Part shown: positions 18,137 to 27,739 of the stretch, in pieces
How the letters are laid out: each line of letters begins with the position of its first letter
How positions within the stretch are numbered: position 1 is the stretch's first letter
Assembly (NCBI GenBank): GCA_044347905.1
Contig: JBIKTV010000003.1
Location: 1 to 44,219, forward strand
DNA length: 44,219 nucleotides
Direction: 5' to 3'
Origin: Myxococcota bacterium
GTDB lineage: Bacteria > Myxococcota_A > UBA9042
Notes under the pieces: generated by a model
Seen by the model: the letters and a program-made list of their open reading frames with translations, nothing else
What the model was told of the DNA's origin: nothing
The model's database searches: none
Made by a program: the position numbers and the translations under genes

Positions 18137-18201
18137 GAGTACCCAAGACCCTCTCGACGCCCGCTCGCACCACGGTGGCAGGCAGTCGGTCTTGGGTGCT
18201 C
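18137..18201. terminator. Long inverted repeat between convergent genes (possible terminator or structured element)
   Basis: gagtacccaagacc (18137-18150) pairs with ggtcttgggtgctc (18188-18201) with one G-U pair. No clear U-tract. Confidence 0.4.
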
Positions 18202-18272
18202 CTGCCGGGCCTGATTTCGAAAACGCAAGCTAGAATGCGCAACTACACTCGGCATACCTGAGGGCCAAAGCT

Positions 18273-18914
18273 CTAGCGCAGCCGCCGCCGCCCCAGCCGA
18301 TCTTGGAGAGCCTGTTCGCGGTGTTGGGCCACCAACTGGTGCAAGCGCTCTTCGGCTTCACTAGTCAGTTCCTCAAACATAATGCCGAGTTCATACCCAT
18401 CCACCACCCGAACACAGCGGACCACGCGACCACCCGCCCGCACGGGGTCCGCATCGGCGCTGTCCGCCAGACGCACCATCACTGCGCTCGCCAGCGCCAT
18501 GGGCTCGGGCATCACAGCGCTCAAGCCGGCGGCAGACACGTCTAGAAGCGCTGGCCGCATCACGGGTTGGGCGGTCTCTGCGGGCCAAACAGCTGCCCAG
18601 ACGCGGATCTGCGCTCGGGCAAAACTGCGGCGCTCCCGGCGATCGTGCGGCGACGCGGCCACCAAATAGCAGCTCGTTGGCAGCAATTCCTCAACGATCA
18701 TCCGCCAAAACTGCAGGCGCCCGTGCAACTGAAACATCACCGTCAGGTAGTCGCCCGGGGCCATCGCCAGCGCCGCGCCGCCAAAGCCAGACACCAGCAG
18801 CGTGTGTTCGCCGACCCGACCCGCACGAGCCCGAAGGGCCGCCGGCATGCCTTGGCCTTCCAGCAACAGGGTAATTGGATGGCCCTCTTCTGGCCGCGGC
18901 ATCGCTTCGGGCAC
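18273..18914 (-). CDS. PilZ-domain protein (c-di-GMP effector)
   Basis: RxxxR motif (ERRSFAR) and D/NxSxxG motif (DVSAAG), plus GRVVR and YELGIMF. N-terminal beta domain suggests a YcgR-like architecture. Confidence 0.8.
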   Translation of the reverse strand: MPEAMPRPEEGHPITLLLEGQGMPAALRARAGRVGEHTLLVSGFGGAALAMAPGDYLTVMFQLHGRLQFWRMIVEELLPTSCYLVAASPHDRRERRSFARAQIRVWAAVWPAETAQPVMRPALLDVSAAGLSAVMPEPMALASAVMVRLADSADADPVRAGGRVVRCVRVVDGYELGIMFEELTSEAEERLHQLVAQHREQALQDRLGRRRLR

Positions 18915-19176
18915 GCTCAGTTGCTCCAGCGGTTAAATCCAAGAAACCGGCTTTCGCTTTGCCGCGGTGAGCATGTCCCAGAGAGCAAAGCATCCCATAC
19001 GCACAGATCAGATCGACGGCCTGAGGGGCGGCAACGGCCCGCTGCAGCTCACACGTGGCAGCCTCCCGCACTGGGGCGAGCGTCCGGCAACCGGCGTATC
19101 GCCAAACCCCAAGAGATTCATCGCGATCGGCAGCCTGTTGCGGCGGCAGCCTAGTGCGATCTTGGGGTGCAAAGAC

Positions 19177-21189
19177 CTAGTTGCCTTCAACCGCCGACTT
19201 CAGATCGCGCAGCAGGTTCTTGATCTCCTGGCTCCGCATCGAACAATTGTCCAGGCTTTCCGTCATCTGCGCCATGCCCTCGTCTCGCTCGGCACCGTCG
19301 TCGCTGCGGACTTGGTCAAAAGCGTCCACCACAGCGGCAAAATCGTTGCGGAAGCTCGACACGACGCCGTTGAGGTCGCTCACCATGCGCACGACTTTGG
19401 GATCTGCCCCACCACCTGCAGCGCTAGGAGGCGCCGCCTGGAGTTCGCGCACCTTGGCCTGCGCGGCGTTCAACTCGGCCTGGAGGGTCGCCAATTGCTT
19501 CTGCAGCGCGTCGCTGTCACCGCTGGCCGATGCCTGAGCCGTAAGACGCTGAATGCGCTTGAGATTTGCGCTAATCGTGTCCTGCAGTTCCTTGTTGCCG
19601 ACCTGCATCCGGGCGATCTCATCGCGCAGCGTCGCCACTTCACCGCTGTCCGCGGCGGGTGCTTGGCGAGCCTGAGCCAGCTCGGCCTGAAGCTTGTCGA
19701 TCTGCGCCTGGGCAGCGGCCACCTCAGCCGGATCCGCAGCCGGTGCAGCCGACGCCGTGCGGGCGCTCTGAAGCTCAGCCTGAAGTTCGGCGCTTCTGCC
19801 CTTCTCCGCCTTGAGCTGAATGCGCAAGCGCGCCAGTTCGGCCTCGCTGTCGCCGCCCGCCGCCGGAGCAGGGGCCGCATTGGCCTTGGCCTCAGCCTGC
19901 AGAGCCTTTGCCTCCGCCGCCGCGAGCTTCGCCTGCAATTCGGCCACCTGCGCATCCGCCGAGCCCGCGTCAGCCTGCTGGCGAACGGCCTGGGCCTTGA
20001 GGCTCATCAGCTCGCGCTCAGCCTTAGATGCGCGTTCCTCGGCCTCTTCTCGCGCTGCGACCTGGGCGTCGTATTCTTCTGCCGAGACCGTCTCGCCCTG
20101 GGCCACCGCGTGGGCCTGCTGCAGCCTGGCCAGCTCGCCCTTGAGCAACTGCACCGATCCATCCGCGGTATCTGCGCGAATACGCTGCAAGTTTGCCAGC
20201 TCTTCGGCATTGCGCCGTCCCGCTCGGGCCTCTTCAAACTTCTCTTGGGCCGCCGACAAGCCGTCTCGCAGCACCTGCAGTTCCGACTGCAGCGCCGCAA
20301 TGTGCCGCTCATCTTCCAGCCGCGATCCTCCGCCACTGGCCTCTGCGAGCTGCCGGCGCAAATCCTCTAGCTGGCCATCGGCGTCGCGGAGCCTGCCCTC
20401 CAGCTGGCCGACTTGCCGGCGCAGTTCATCCCCTTGGCTGAGCGCGTCATTGGCGGCGCGACGGGCGTTGTCCAGATCTTGCTGCAGCTGCCCGCGCTGC
20501 GGATCGTTGCGGGCTTCCTCAAGAAACTGTGTCAATGCCGATACTTCACCGCGAAGCTCGCCGATGATCTTGTCTCGCTGGGTCACATCGGCCCGCAGGC
20601 CTTCGATCACCGGATCCTCGCGCATCGGCGGCGGCACTTGGCCGGTCGAGCGCTGACGCGGCGGCTCTGCGTAGGCCGGCACGGGCGGCGGAGGAATCTG
20701 CGCCGGAGGCGGCGGTATCTGCTGAGGCGGCGGCATTTGCGGCGGAGGAGGGGGCGGCGGAGGCGGCGGAGGCGCAGCCGGCGGATCGTAATAGCCGTCG
20801 CCATACTGGTCGGAAAACCGCGTGCTATCCGGGTCTTCTTCCGGCAGCGCCTCTTCATAGCCGCCGTCGAGCCGGGCATGGTCGTCGTCGTCGTAGTCAA
20901 AGCGCAGCTCAAAGTTGCCGCAGAGCAGGTACTTGCCGTCCTCAAGCATCACGGGGTCGCCGGGCCCAAGGCGCTCATTCTCGTAGAACGTGCCGTTGAC
21001 CGACTCGTTGTCCTGCAAGTAATAGGCGTTGCCGTCAAAGAAGATTCGCGCGTGGTAGCGAGAAACGCTCTGATTACTGGTGCGAATGTTGCAGGTGCGG
21101 TGGCGTCCGATCACGATGTCGGGCTCGGCTTCCCCCACCCGGTAGGTCGTCTCCACGCCTTCGTCGCTGATGAAGGTGATGATGGCCAC
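19177..21189 (-). CDS. FHA-domain protein with poly-Pro linker and long coiled coil
   Basis: FHA signature IGR...SVSRYHA...DNESVNGTF, then an acidic linker, a poly-P run and heptad-rich helices. Confidence 0.85.
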   Translation of the reverse strand: MAIITFISDEGVETTYRVGEAEPDIVIGRHRTCNIRTSNQSVSRYHARIFFDGNAYYLQDNESVNGTFYENERLGPGDPVMLEDGKYLLCGNFELRFDYDDDDHARLDGGYEEALPEEDPDSTRFSDQYGDGYYDPPAAPPPPPPPPPPPQMPPPQQIPPPPAQIPPPPVPAYAEPPRQRSTGQVPPPMREDPVIEGLRADVTQRDKIIGELRGEVSALTQFLEEARNDPQRGQLQQDLDNARRAANDALSQGDELRRQVGQLEGRLRDADGQLEDLRRQLAEASGGGSRLEDERHIAALQSELQVLRDGLSAAQEKFEEARAGRRNAEELANLQRIRADTADGSVQLLKGELARLQQAHAVAQGETVSAEEYDAQVAAREEAEERASKAERELMSLKAQAVRQQADAGSADAQVAELQAKLAAAEAKALQAEAKANAAPAPAAGGDSEAELARLRIQLKAEKGRSAELQAELQSARTASAAPAADPAEVAAAQAQIDKLQAELAQARQAPAADSGEVATLRDEIARMQVGNKELQDTISANLKRIQRLTAQASASGDSDALQKQLATLQAELNAAQAKVRELQAAPPSAAGGGADPKVVRMVSDLNGVVSSFRNDFAAVVDAFDQVRSDDGAERDEGMAQMTESLDNCSMRSQEIKNLLRDLKSAVEGN

Positions 21190-21362
21190 GTGTAGCTCCC
21201 AGCGGGCATGCGCCCTGGCATCGCGGCGCAGACCGTATCACGCCGGCCGCCGCAGAGACAACTGGCCGCCATCCCCCCCCGGCGATTCCTGTGCCGATCG
21301 CAGGGTTGGCGGCAATCGATTGCAGTGGCCCGTCCGCGCTTGAGGCAGATCGCCCCGCTGCC

Positions 21363-21390
21363 CTTGACACACCTGCGGCGCCTCCTTTCT
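21363..21390 (+). promoter_or_regulatory. Putative dnaK promoter (CTTG-N17-CCTTTCT, RpoH-like; also contains TTGACA)
   Basis: cccttgacac...cctttctta, about 235 nt upstream of the dnaK ATG. Confidence 0.35.
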
Positions 21391-21625
21391 TAACGGGGAC
21401 GGCGACAGTCGCGTAGGCCGTCACGAATCAAGGCCATCCCCGGGGACTTCAAGGCGGCTGCCCGCGGTCCCCAAACACTGCCACAAACTGCCCGGGCCGG
21501 GCAGCCAGCGGTCGGGCCTGTGCTCGGCTTACTGGACGCCGTGCACGGGATGCCGCGGTGGCTCAAAGACTTTCTTGCGCACCGGCCACGGGGCTATGTG
21601 GGTGCGCCGCAACGGGAGATGAAGC

Positions 21626-23524
21626 ATGGGCAAGATTATCGGCATCGACCTCGGCACCACCAATTCCGTGGTCGCCATCATGGAGGGCGGTCAGCCCAAA
21701 GTGATCGCCAACCAGGAAGGCGGGCGCACGACTCCGTCTGTGGTCGCGTGGAATGACAAGGGCGACGTCCTCGTCGGCCAGATCGCCCAACGCCAGGCCG
21801 TCGTCAATGGCCGCAACACGGTGTACTCCGCCAAGCGGTTGATCGGTCGCAAGTTCACTGAAGTCACGGATGAAATCCGCCGCCTGCCGTACAAGGTTGA
21901 GGCCGCGGACAACGGCGACGCCCACGTGCTGGCCGGCGGTCGCAAGATGAGCCCGCCCGAGGTGTCGGCCAAGGTGCTCGCCAAGCTCAAGGCCGCCGCC
22001 GAAGCGTATTTGGGCGAGCCGGTGACGGAAGCGGTCATCACGGTGCCCGCCTATTTCAACGACAGCCAGCGCAATGCCACCAAGGACGCGGGGCGGATCG
22101 CGGGCCTGGAGGTCAAGCGCATCGTCAATGAGCCCACCGCGGCGGCGCTCGCCTACGGCCTGGACAAGAAAAGCGACGAGCTCGTGGTGGTGTTTGACCT
22201 CGGCGGCGGCACTTTTGACGTGTCGATCCTGGAGATCAGCGATCACGTGGTCGAGGTGAAGGCGACCAACGGCGATACCCACCTGGGCGGTGACGACGTT
22301 GACAATGTAATCATGGACTTCCTGGTGGCGGAGTTCAAGCGCGACCAGGGCATCGACCTGGCCAACGACATGATGGCCCGCCAGCGCCTGAAAGAGGCGT
22401 CGGAAAAGGCCAAGATCGAGCTCAGCCAGGCCAGCGAGACCGAGATCAACCTGCCGTTCATCACCATGGACGCCACGGGGCCCAAGCACCTGCAGGTCAA
22501 GCTCACCCGCGCCAAGATGGAGTCGCTGTGCGAATCGCTGTTTGCCCGGGCCCTGGAGCCGTGCAAGAAGGCGATGCGCGATGCGGGCGTGCAGGCGTCG
22601 CAGATCGACGAAGTGATCCTGGTCGGCGGCTCGACGCGCATCCCCAAGATCCAGCAGCTGGTCAAGGACTTCTTTGGCAAGGAGCCCAACCGCTCGGTCA
22701 ATCCGGATGAAGTCGTGGCCCTGGGTGCGGCGGTGCAGGCCGGCGTGCTCGCGGGTGAAGTCAAAGACATGCTGTTGCTCGATGTGACGCCGCTGTCCCT
22801 GGGCGTCGAGACGCTGGGCGGCATCATGACCGCGCTGATCAAGCGCAACACCACGATCCCGCACCGCAAGACCGAAGTGTTCTCGACTGCCGACGACATG
22901 CAGACCGCCGTGACCGTCAAGGTCTACCAGGGCGAGCGCGAAATGGCCCGCGACAACAAGCTGCTCGGCCAGTTCAATCTTGAGGGGATTCCGCCGTCAC
23001 CGCGCGGGGTTCCGCAGATCGAAGTGACCTTTGACATCGACGCCAACGGCATTCTCCACGTCACCGCCAAGGACAAGGCGACTAGCAAAGAGAACAAGAT
23101 CACCGTGCAAGGCGGCTCTGGCCTGAACAAGGACGAGGTCGACAAGCTGGTGCGCGAGGCCGCGGCCCACGCCGAAGACGACAAGAAGCGCCGCGAAGAG
23201 GTGGAGACGCGCAACCAAGCGGAGTCGACGATCTATCAGCTCGAGAAGATGCTGAAGGAAAACGGAGACAAGATCTCGGCCGACGACCGCGCCAAGCTCG
23301 AAGTCGCGATCACCTCGGCCAAAGACGCGCTCAAAGACGGGGACATGGAGCGCATCAAGGTCAGCCAGGAGGCGCTCAAGCAAGCGGCGTTCAAGCTCAG
23401 CGAGGCGATGTACGCCCAGCAGGGTGCGGCGCCGGGGCCTGAGGCCACCGACCAGAGCGCACCTGCGGATGCCCGGCCGGCGGGCGGCAAGAAAGACGAC
23501 GTCATCGACGCCGAATTCGACTAG
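21626..23524 (+). CDS. dnaK: Chaperone DnaK (Hsp70)
   Basis: Motifs [47 protein letters not shown] and C-terminal DVIDAEF. Confidence 0.98.
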   Translation: MGKIIGIDLGTTNSVVAIMEGGQPKVIANQEGGRTTPSVVAWNDKGDVLVGQIAQRQAVVNGRNTVYSAKRLIGRKFTEVTDEIRRLPYKVEAADNGDAHVLAGGRKMSPPEVSAKVLAKLKAAAEAYLGEPVTEAVITVPAYFNDSQRNATKDAGRIAGLEVKRIVNEPTAAALAYGLDKKSDELVVVFDLGGGTFDVSILEISDHVVEVKATNGDTHLGGDDVDNVIMDFLVAEFKRDQGIDLANDMMARQRLKEASEKAKIELSQASETEINLPFITMDATGPKHLQVKLTRAKMESLCESLFARALEPCKKAMRDAGVQASQIDEVILVGGSTRIPKIQQLVKDFFGKEPNRSVNPDEVVALGAAVQAGVLAGEVKDMLLLDVTPLSLGVETLGGIMTALIKRNTTIPHRKTEVFSTADDMQTAVTVKVYQGEREMARDNKLLGQFNLEGIPPSPRGVPQIEVTFDIDANGILHVTAKDKATSKENKITVQGGSGLNKDEVDKLVREAAAHAEDDKKRREEVETRNQAESTIYQLEKMLKENGDKISADDRAKLEVAITSAKDALKDGDMERIKVSQEALKQAAFKLSEAMYAQQGAAPGPEATDQSAPADARPAGGKKDDVIDAEFD

Positions 23525-23681
23525 CCTAGAAAAGCCCTGAGATCCGGCGGTGCCGGCCGAGGTAGCTCCCGATGGAGACTGACCTTGGCCGGCGCCGTCG
23601 CATGCGAGACCCGCCAAGGCGCCCGCTAGGCCCAAGCTGCAGCAGCCGGCCCTCCGCCGTCAGGACCGCAAAGAGGACAGC

Positions 23682-24650
23682 ATGAAGTCGGACTACTACG
23701 CCTTGCTTGGGATCCAAAAGGACGCCACGCCGGAAGCGATCAAGAAGGCCTACCGCAAATTGGCCATGGAATTCCACCCGGATCGCAACCAGGGCAATAA
23801 GGACGCAGAAGAAAAGTTCAAGCAGATCTCAGAAGCCTACGCGGTGCTGTCGGATCCGGAGAAGCGCCGAAAGTACGACTCGTTTGGCTCTGCGGAGGCT
23901 TTCAGTCAGAACTACTCGACGGACGATATCTTCAAGGATTTCAACGTTGATGAGCTGTTCTCGATGTTCGGCAAGAGCTATTCAGGCTGGGGTGGCTTTC
24001 GCAACAGCAAGCGCGGCGGCGCAGGTGGCGTAGGGTCGATGTTTGACGACCTGTTTGGCATGGGCGGCGGGCCGGGTGCTCCCAGTGCAAGAGCGCGGAA
24101 CGCGGCGGGCCAACCGCCTCCCCAGGCCGCTGTGAAAGGCCGCGACGCAGAAGTGCCGATTGTAATTAGCTTTCACGAGGCGATGCACGGCGGTGAGCGC
24201 CACCTCAAGCTGCACATCGACAACCAGGAACGCGACCTCAAAGTGCGCATTCCGGCGGGCATTGCCACGGGAAAGAAGCTGCGGGTGCGGGGCGAAGGCC
24301 ACGGCAACGCCACGGCCCGCGGCGATCTCAACCTCCTCGTGACGGTCGAGGCCGATCCGCGGTTTGAGCGGCGCGGCGACGATCTGCACACGGTGGCCCA
24401 GCTCAAGCCCAGCACGCTGCTGCTCGGCGGAAGCGTGGAGATCGCTACCCTGGAAGGCGTCAAGCACGTCAAGGTGGCTGCGGGAACCTCTACGGCCGCG
24501 CTGGTGCGGGTGCGCAAGCACGGGGCGCCGCTGCTGGGCAAGCCCGGCGAACGCGGCGATCTCTACGTCAAGCTTGAAGTGGCGCTGCCCGGCGCGCCCA
24601 GTGACGAGCAGCGCAAGCTCGCCGAAGCGTTGCGCGATCTCGGCCTGTAG
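23682..24650 (+). CDS. Class B J-domain co-chaperone (CbpA/DnaJ-like, no zinc finger)
   Basis: J domain with HPD, a G/F-rich region and a DnaJ C-terminal domain. No CxxCxGxG repeats. Confidence 0.9.
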   Translation: MKSDYYALLGIQKDATPEAIKKAYRKLAMEFHPDRNQGNKDAEEKFKQISEAYAVLSDPEKRRKYDSFGSAEAFSQNYSTDDIFKDFNVDELFSMFGKSYSGWGGFRNSKRGGAGGVGSMFDDLFGMGGGPGAPSARARNAAGQPPPQAAVKGRDAEVPIVISFHEAMHGGERHLKLHIDNQERDLKVRIPAGIATGKKLRVRGEGHGNATARGDLNLLVTVEADPRFERRGDDLHTVAQLKPSTLLLGGSVEIATLEGVKHVKVAAGTSTAALVRVRKHGAPLLGKPGERGDLYVKLEVALPGAPSDEQRKLAEALRDLGL

Positions 24651-24754
24651 CAGCAACGGGCGCCTGCCGATCGGCCCAAGCGGCGGCTGCGTCATCGAAT
24701 CGCCACGGGCCGTCGTGCGTCTGCCCTCGCGACCTTGACCGGCCCCGGCAATCT

Positions 24755-24780
24755 TGCCATACCGTGCCTGCCATACCGTG
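24755..24780. repeat. 14-bp direct repeat, 2 copies (TGCCATACCGTG core)
   Basis: tgccataccgtgcc / tgccataccgtg. Confidence 0.75.
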
Positions 24781-24826
24781 TGCGCCCCTCCGCCATCGCG
24801 CGGATGCGCCCCCCAGGAGTCAACCC

Positions 24827-25663
24827 ATGAAGCGCAAGAACTGGATTCGCCTCGCAGCCTCGCTTGCGGCGGGCGCGATCGCTGTGCCGCTGGCTTTGGC
24901 CGGCGATTTCAATCTGACCCTGCTCGACCCCGATGGCGATGACCACGGACCGGGCAGCTACAAGTACCCGACCAACCCAGAGTACAAGAGCAAGTCTTTT
25001 GACCTCCGCAAGTTGGAGATCGCTGACAAGGGCGACGACGTGGAGTTCCGCGTGACCCTTGGCGCGTCGATCGAAGACCCGTGGGAGTCCAAGAGCTGGC
25101 CCGACGGCGGCGGCAACGGCTTCTCTTTGCAGTTTGTGCAGATCTACCTCGACACGGATCACCAGAAGGGCTCCGGCTTTACCAAGCCTCTGCCGGGCCT
25201 GGGCGGCGCGCAGTTCGCCGATGACGAAGCGTGGGACAAAGTCGTGCTCATCAGCCCGCAGCCCCGCGCCAAGGTTTCGGCCGAGCTCAAGGCCAAAGCC
25301 GGGGCGATGCGCGGCGCTGCGCTGGTGCCCAAGTCAGTCCGAGTGAGCGGCAAGACCTTGATCGCAGTGGTCAAGAAGAGCGACCTGGGTCAGCCGGCGG
25401 CGACCTGGGGCGTGCAGGCGGTCGTGCAGTCCAATGAAGGCTTCCCGGTGGGCAAGGACATCTTGACCCGTCCGGTCAATCAGACTCCCGGCCCGCACCG
25501 CTTTGGCGGCGGCGACGACGGCGATTGTGATCCGCATGTCATCGACATCTTCGCGGGCAAGGCCAAGGGCGAGGGCGGCGAAGTCGGCGAGCAGCACAAG
25601 GCGCTCAAGTACGCTTGCGGCAGCAGGATTGCCACACTGCCGATGATCTACCAGGCGCCCTAG
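24827..25663 (+). CDS. Secreted glucodextranase-C/DOMON-like carbohydrate-binding protein
   Basis: Signal peptide, then DPDGDDHGPGSYKYPT...FDL, NGFSLQFVQIYLD, HRFGGG and PHVIDI, as in the DOMON-like domain of glucodextranases/amylopullulanases. ATG 24827 follows AGGAG. Confidence 0.8.
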   Translation: MKRKNWIRLAASLAAGAIAVPLALAGDFNLTLLDPDGDDHGPGSYKYPTNPEYKSKSFDLRKLEIADKGDDVEFRVTLGASIEDPWESKSWPDGGGNGFSLQFVQIYLDTDHQKGSGFTKPLPGLGGAQFADDEAWDKVVLISPQPRAKVSAELKAKAGAMRGAALVPKSVRVSGKTLIAVVKKSDLGQPAATWGVQAVVQSNEGFPVGKDILTRPVNQTPGPHRFGGGDDGDCDPHVIDIFAGKAKGEGGEVGEQHKALKYACGSRIATLPMIYQAP

Positions 25664-25753
25664 CCTCAGGCAGGTGGCCGGCAGCGTCCTTTTGCTGCGC
25701 CGCGTCCTGGGCTATCGTTCGGTCCGCGCACGGATGCGCTGCGGCCCACCGCC

Positions 25754-27697
25754 ATGCTCCACAGCTCCAGTTCGGGTTTTGTCCGCCGGCTCGCGCTTTT
25801 GTCTGCAGCGGCGGCGCTGGTCGCAGCTCCGGCGGCCGCGGATCTGGCCAAGTTTGAGATCGACGGCCGCATCTACACCAAGCACCTGTATCAAAACGAC
25901 GACTCCCAAGGCCTGCTGACCTGGGGCAATCCGTTTTGGCCAGAAAACTACGGCGGCCACAACGGTGTCGGCAGCGAAGTCGAGCTGATCATCCGCGGCA
26001 AGGTCAGCGAGTTTGCCGAAGCCGGGGCGCGGCTGGCCTCGCGATTTGGCGAGCGCTGGCACGACTGGTGGGAATCAGGGCAAGAGAGCTACGGCGGCGT
26101 CGAGAATACCTCTGGCGACTCCGCCGGCATGAATCGCGCCAGCTACATGAAGATGCGCGGCAGCTATGTGCAGCTGACGCCGGACATCCCCGGACTGAAC
26201 TATGTCCGCATTGGCGCTCACGATTTCTCCCTGTTCAACCCCTGGACGATTGGCAAAGTGCGCTACATCGACCGCGACAATGGCCGCGGCTACTTTGTCG
26301 GCGGCAAGTTCGGCGATGACGCGGTGCAGTGGTTTGCCGGCGCGGTGGCCATGCCCAAGCTGTTTGTCGGCCCCGGGTGGTCGACCGGCATTGGCGATCC
26401 GGCCCTGGCCAACGCCTTCTGGTCTCGCGATTGGGCCTACGCCGCGGCGGTAAAGGTGCGCCTGGGCGAAGCGACGAGTCTGCGCTGGGTCGGCGACCTG
26501 ACGCAGGACTTGGAAGTCGATCGCGCCGATCCCGACGCCGTGGGCAGCTTCAACCCGACCTGCAAGGACGCTCTCAACCAGGCGATTCCCGGCTGTACGC
26601 TCGATCACGCGGTCGATCTGCGCACGCGCTATTTTTCGGCCAACACCACCATGGAATTGGAGTCGGATCCGCTGGATTGGCTGCGGGTCCAGGCCTTGGT
26701 CGGCTTCTCCATGCAGAAGATCGACCCGCGGCTGGCGAGCAACGGCGTCGCCCTCAACCAAGGCGTATTTCCCTTGGTGTATCGCGATACTCAGGACGTG
26801 GCCGGCACGCTGCGCCTCAGCGCCACCGATCCCCTGGGCAACGGCCTGTCCCTCCAGGCGGAGTATTTCAACATCGGCGCGGAATGGAACAGCGTCTTTG
26901 GCGCGCGCCGCGAAGCGGATGTCCTGCTGACCGACGGCCTGATCGGCACGGGCGGCCAGCTGCCCACGCTAAATTTGGCCAACGAATTCATCGATTTTGA
27001 CGACACATGGGTCGAGAGCTGCATCGGCTGGCACGGCGGCACGGGCGTGCTGAGCTGGGACGGCAGCAACACCTCGGTCAAGGCGGAATACACCCACATT
27101 GAGTACAACACCAACCGGCAAAACCGCGACGTTGACACGGCGTTCCCGGACTTTCTGCACTCTGACGGCTGGACGGACACGGGCCTTTACGACTACGCCA
27201 ATGTCACCGATCGCGGCCGCGATCCCCGTTCCGTCTACCGCCGCAACCAGTTCCGCCGCACCAACCTGGGGGTGCTATCGCTCAAGCACCAGTTTGACGT
27301 GGGCCGCGGCATCGACGTCGAGGCCAAGGCCAAGTACGTCCACGATGTCGACTATCGCCAGCTGGAATCGGCCGCCCCCGGCGAGGACGACTACACCGGC
27401 AACATCGCGATTGGCCGAATTAAAGTGTCGTCGCCCGTCGCGGATGGCCTGCGGCTCGGCCTTGTGGGGCAGATCGAAAACTGGGACGAAGAGAATCGCC
27501 GCGGCACGGCCGAGCTAGGCTATGGCGACGACACGACCGCGCGGCAAATGCTCGGCGCCCAAGCCAGCTACAGCTATCAAGGGGTGCGCTTCAGCTATTA
27601 CCTTGAATATACGCACAAAGATCAGAACCGCGAGCGCGAACCGGACCAGCAGTGGAATGTCTGGCGGTCCAAAGCGGTGGTCGAGGCGGCCTGGTAG
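25754..27697 (+). CDS. Putative outer-membrane beta-barrel protein
   Basis: Signal peptide, many amphipathic beta-strands and a terminal strand ending in W (SKAVVEAAW). Confidence 0.65.
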   Translation: MLHSSSSGFVRRLALLSAAAALVAAPAAADLAKFEIDGRIYTKHLYQNDDSQGLLTWGNPFWPENYGGHNGVGSEVELIIRGKVSEFAEAGARLASRFGERWHDWWESGQESYGGVENTSGDSAGMNRASYMKMRGSYVQLTPDIPGLNYVRIGAHDFSLFNPWTIGKVRYIDRDNGRGYFVGGKFGDDAVQWFAGAVAMPKLFVGPGWSTGIGDPALANAFWSRDWAYAAAVKVRLGEATSLRWVGDLTQDLEVDRADPDAVGSFNPTCKDALNQAIPGCTLDHAVDLRTRYFSANTTMELESDPLDWLRVQALVGFSMQKIDPRLASNGVALNQGVFPLVYRDTQDVAGTLRLSATDPLGNGLSLQAEYFNIGAEWNSVFGARREADVLLTDGLIGTGGQLPTLNLANEFIDFDDTWVESCIGWHGGTGVLSWDGSNTSVKAEYTHIEYNTNRQNRDVDTAFPDFLHSDGWTDTGLYDYANVTDRGRDPRSVYRRNQFRRTNLGVLSLKHQFDVGRGIDVEAKAKYVHDVDYRQLESAAPGEDDYTGNIAIGRIKVSSPVADGLRLGLVGQIENWDEENRRGTAELGYGDDTTARQMLGAQASYSYQGVRFSYYLEYTHKDQNREREPDQQWNVWRSKAVVEAAW

Positions 27698-27739
27698 CTC
27701 GATCGCCCTGCGGCTCACCAAGCCCGCAACCTCCTCGCT

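Noticed and set aside
18920-18970. GGCAAAGCGAAAGCC upstream of the PilZ gene (minus strand), reminiscent of a c-di-GMP-I riboswitch
   Set aside because: No full P2 stem or GACGCAAAGC/tetraloop-receptor arrangement. An Infernal search would be needed to rescue it.
18972-19170. Possible 6S-like or other ncRNA in the FHA-PilZ spacer
   Set aside because: Only partial end pairing. A simple hairpin (about 19107-19167) after the FHA stop explains the structure.
18967-20370. 467-aa plus-strand ORF
   Set aside because: Antisense shadow of the FHA coiled-coil gene in high-GC DNA.
21563-22864. 433-aa ORF antisense to dnaK
   Set aside because: This is the well-known open frame opposite dnaK/hsp70, often annotated as 'NAD-specific glutamate dehydrogenase'. 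It is explained by dnaK conservation and codon bias.
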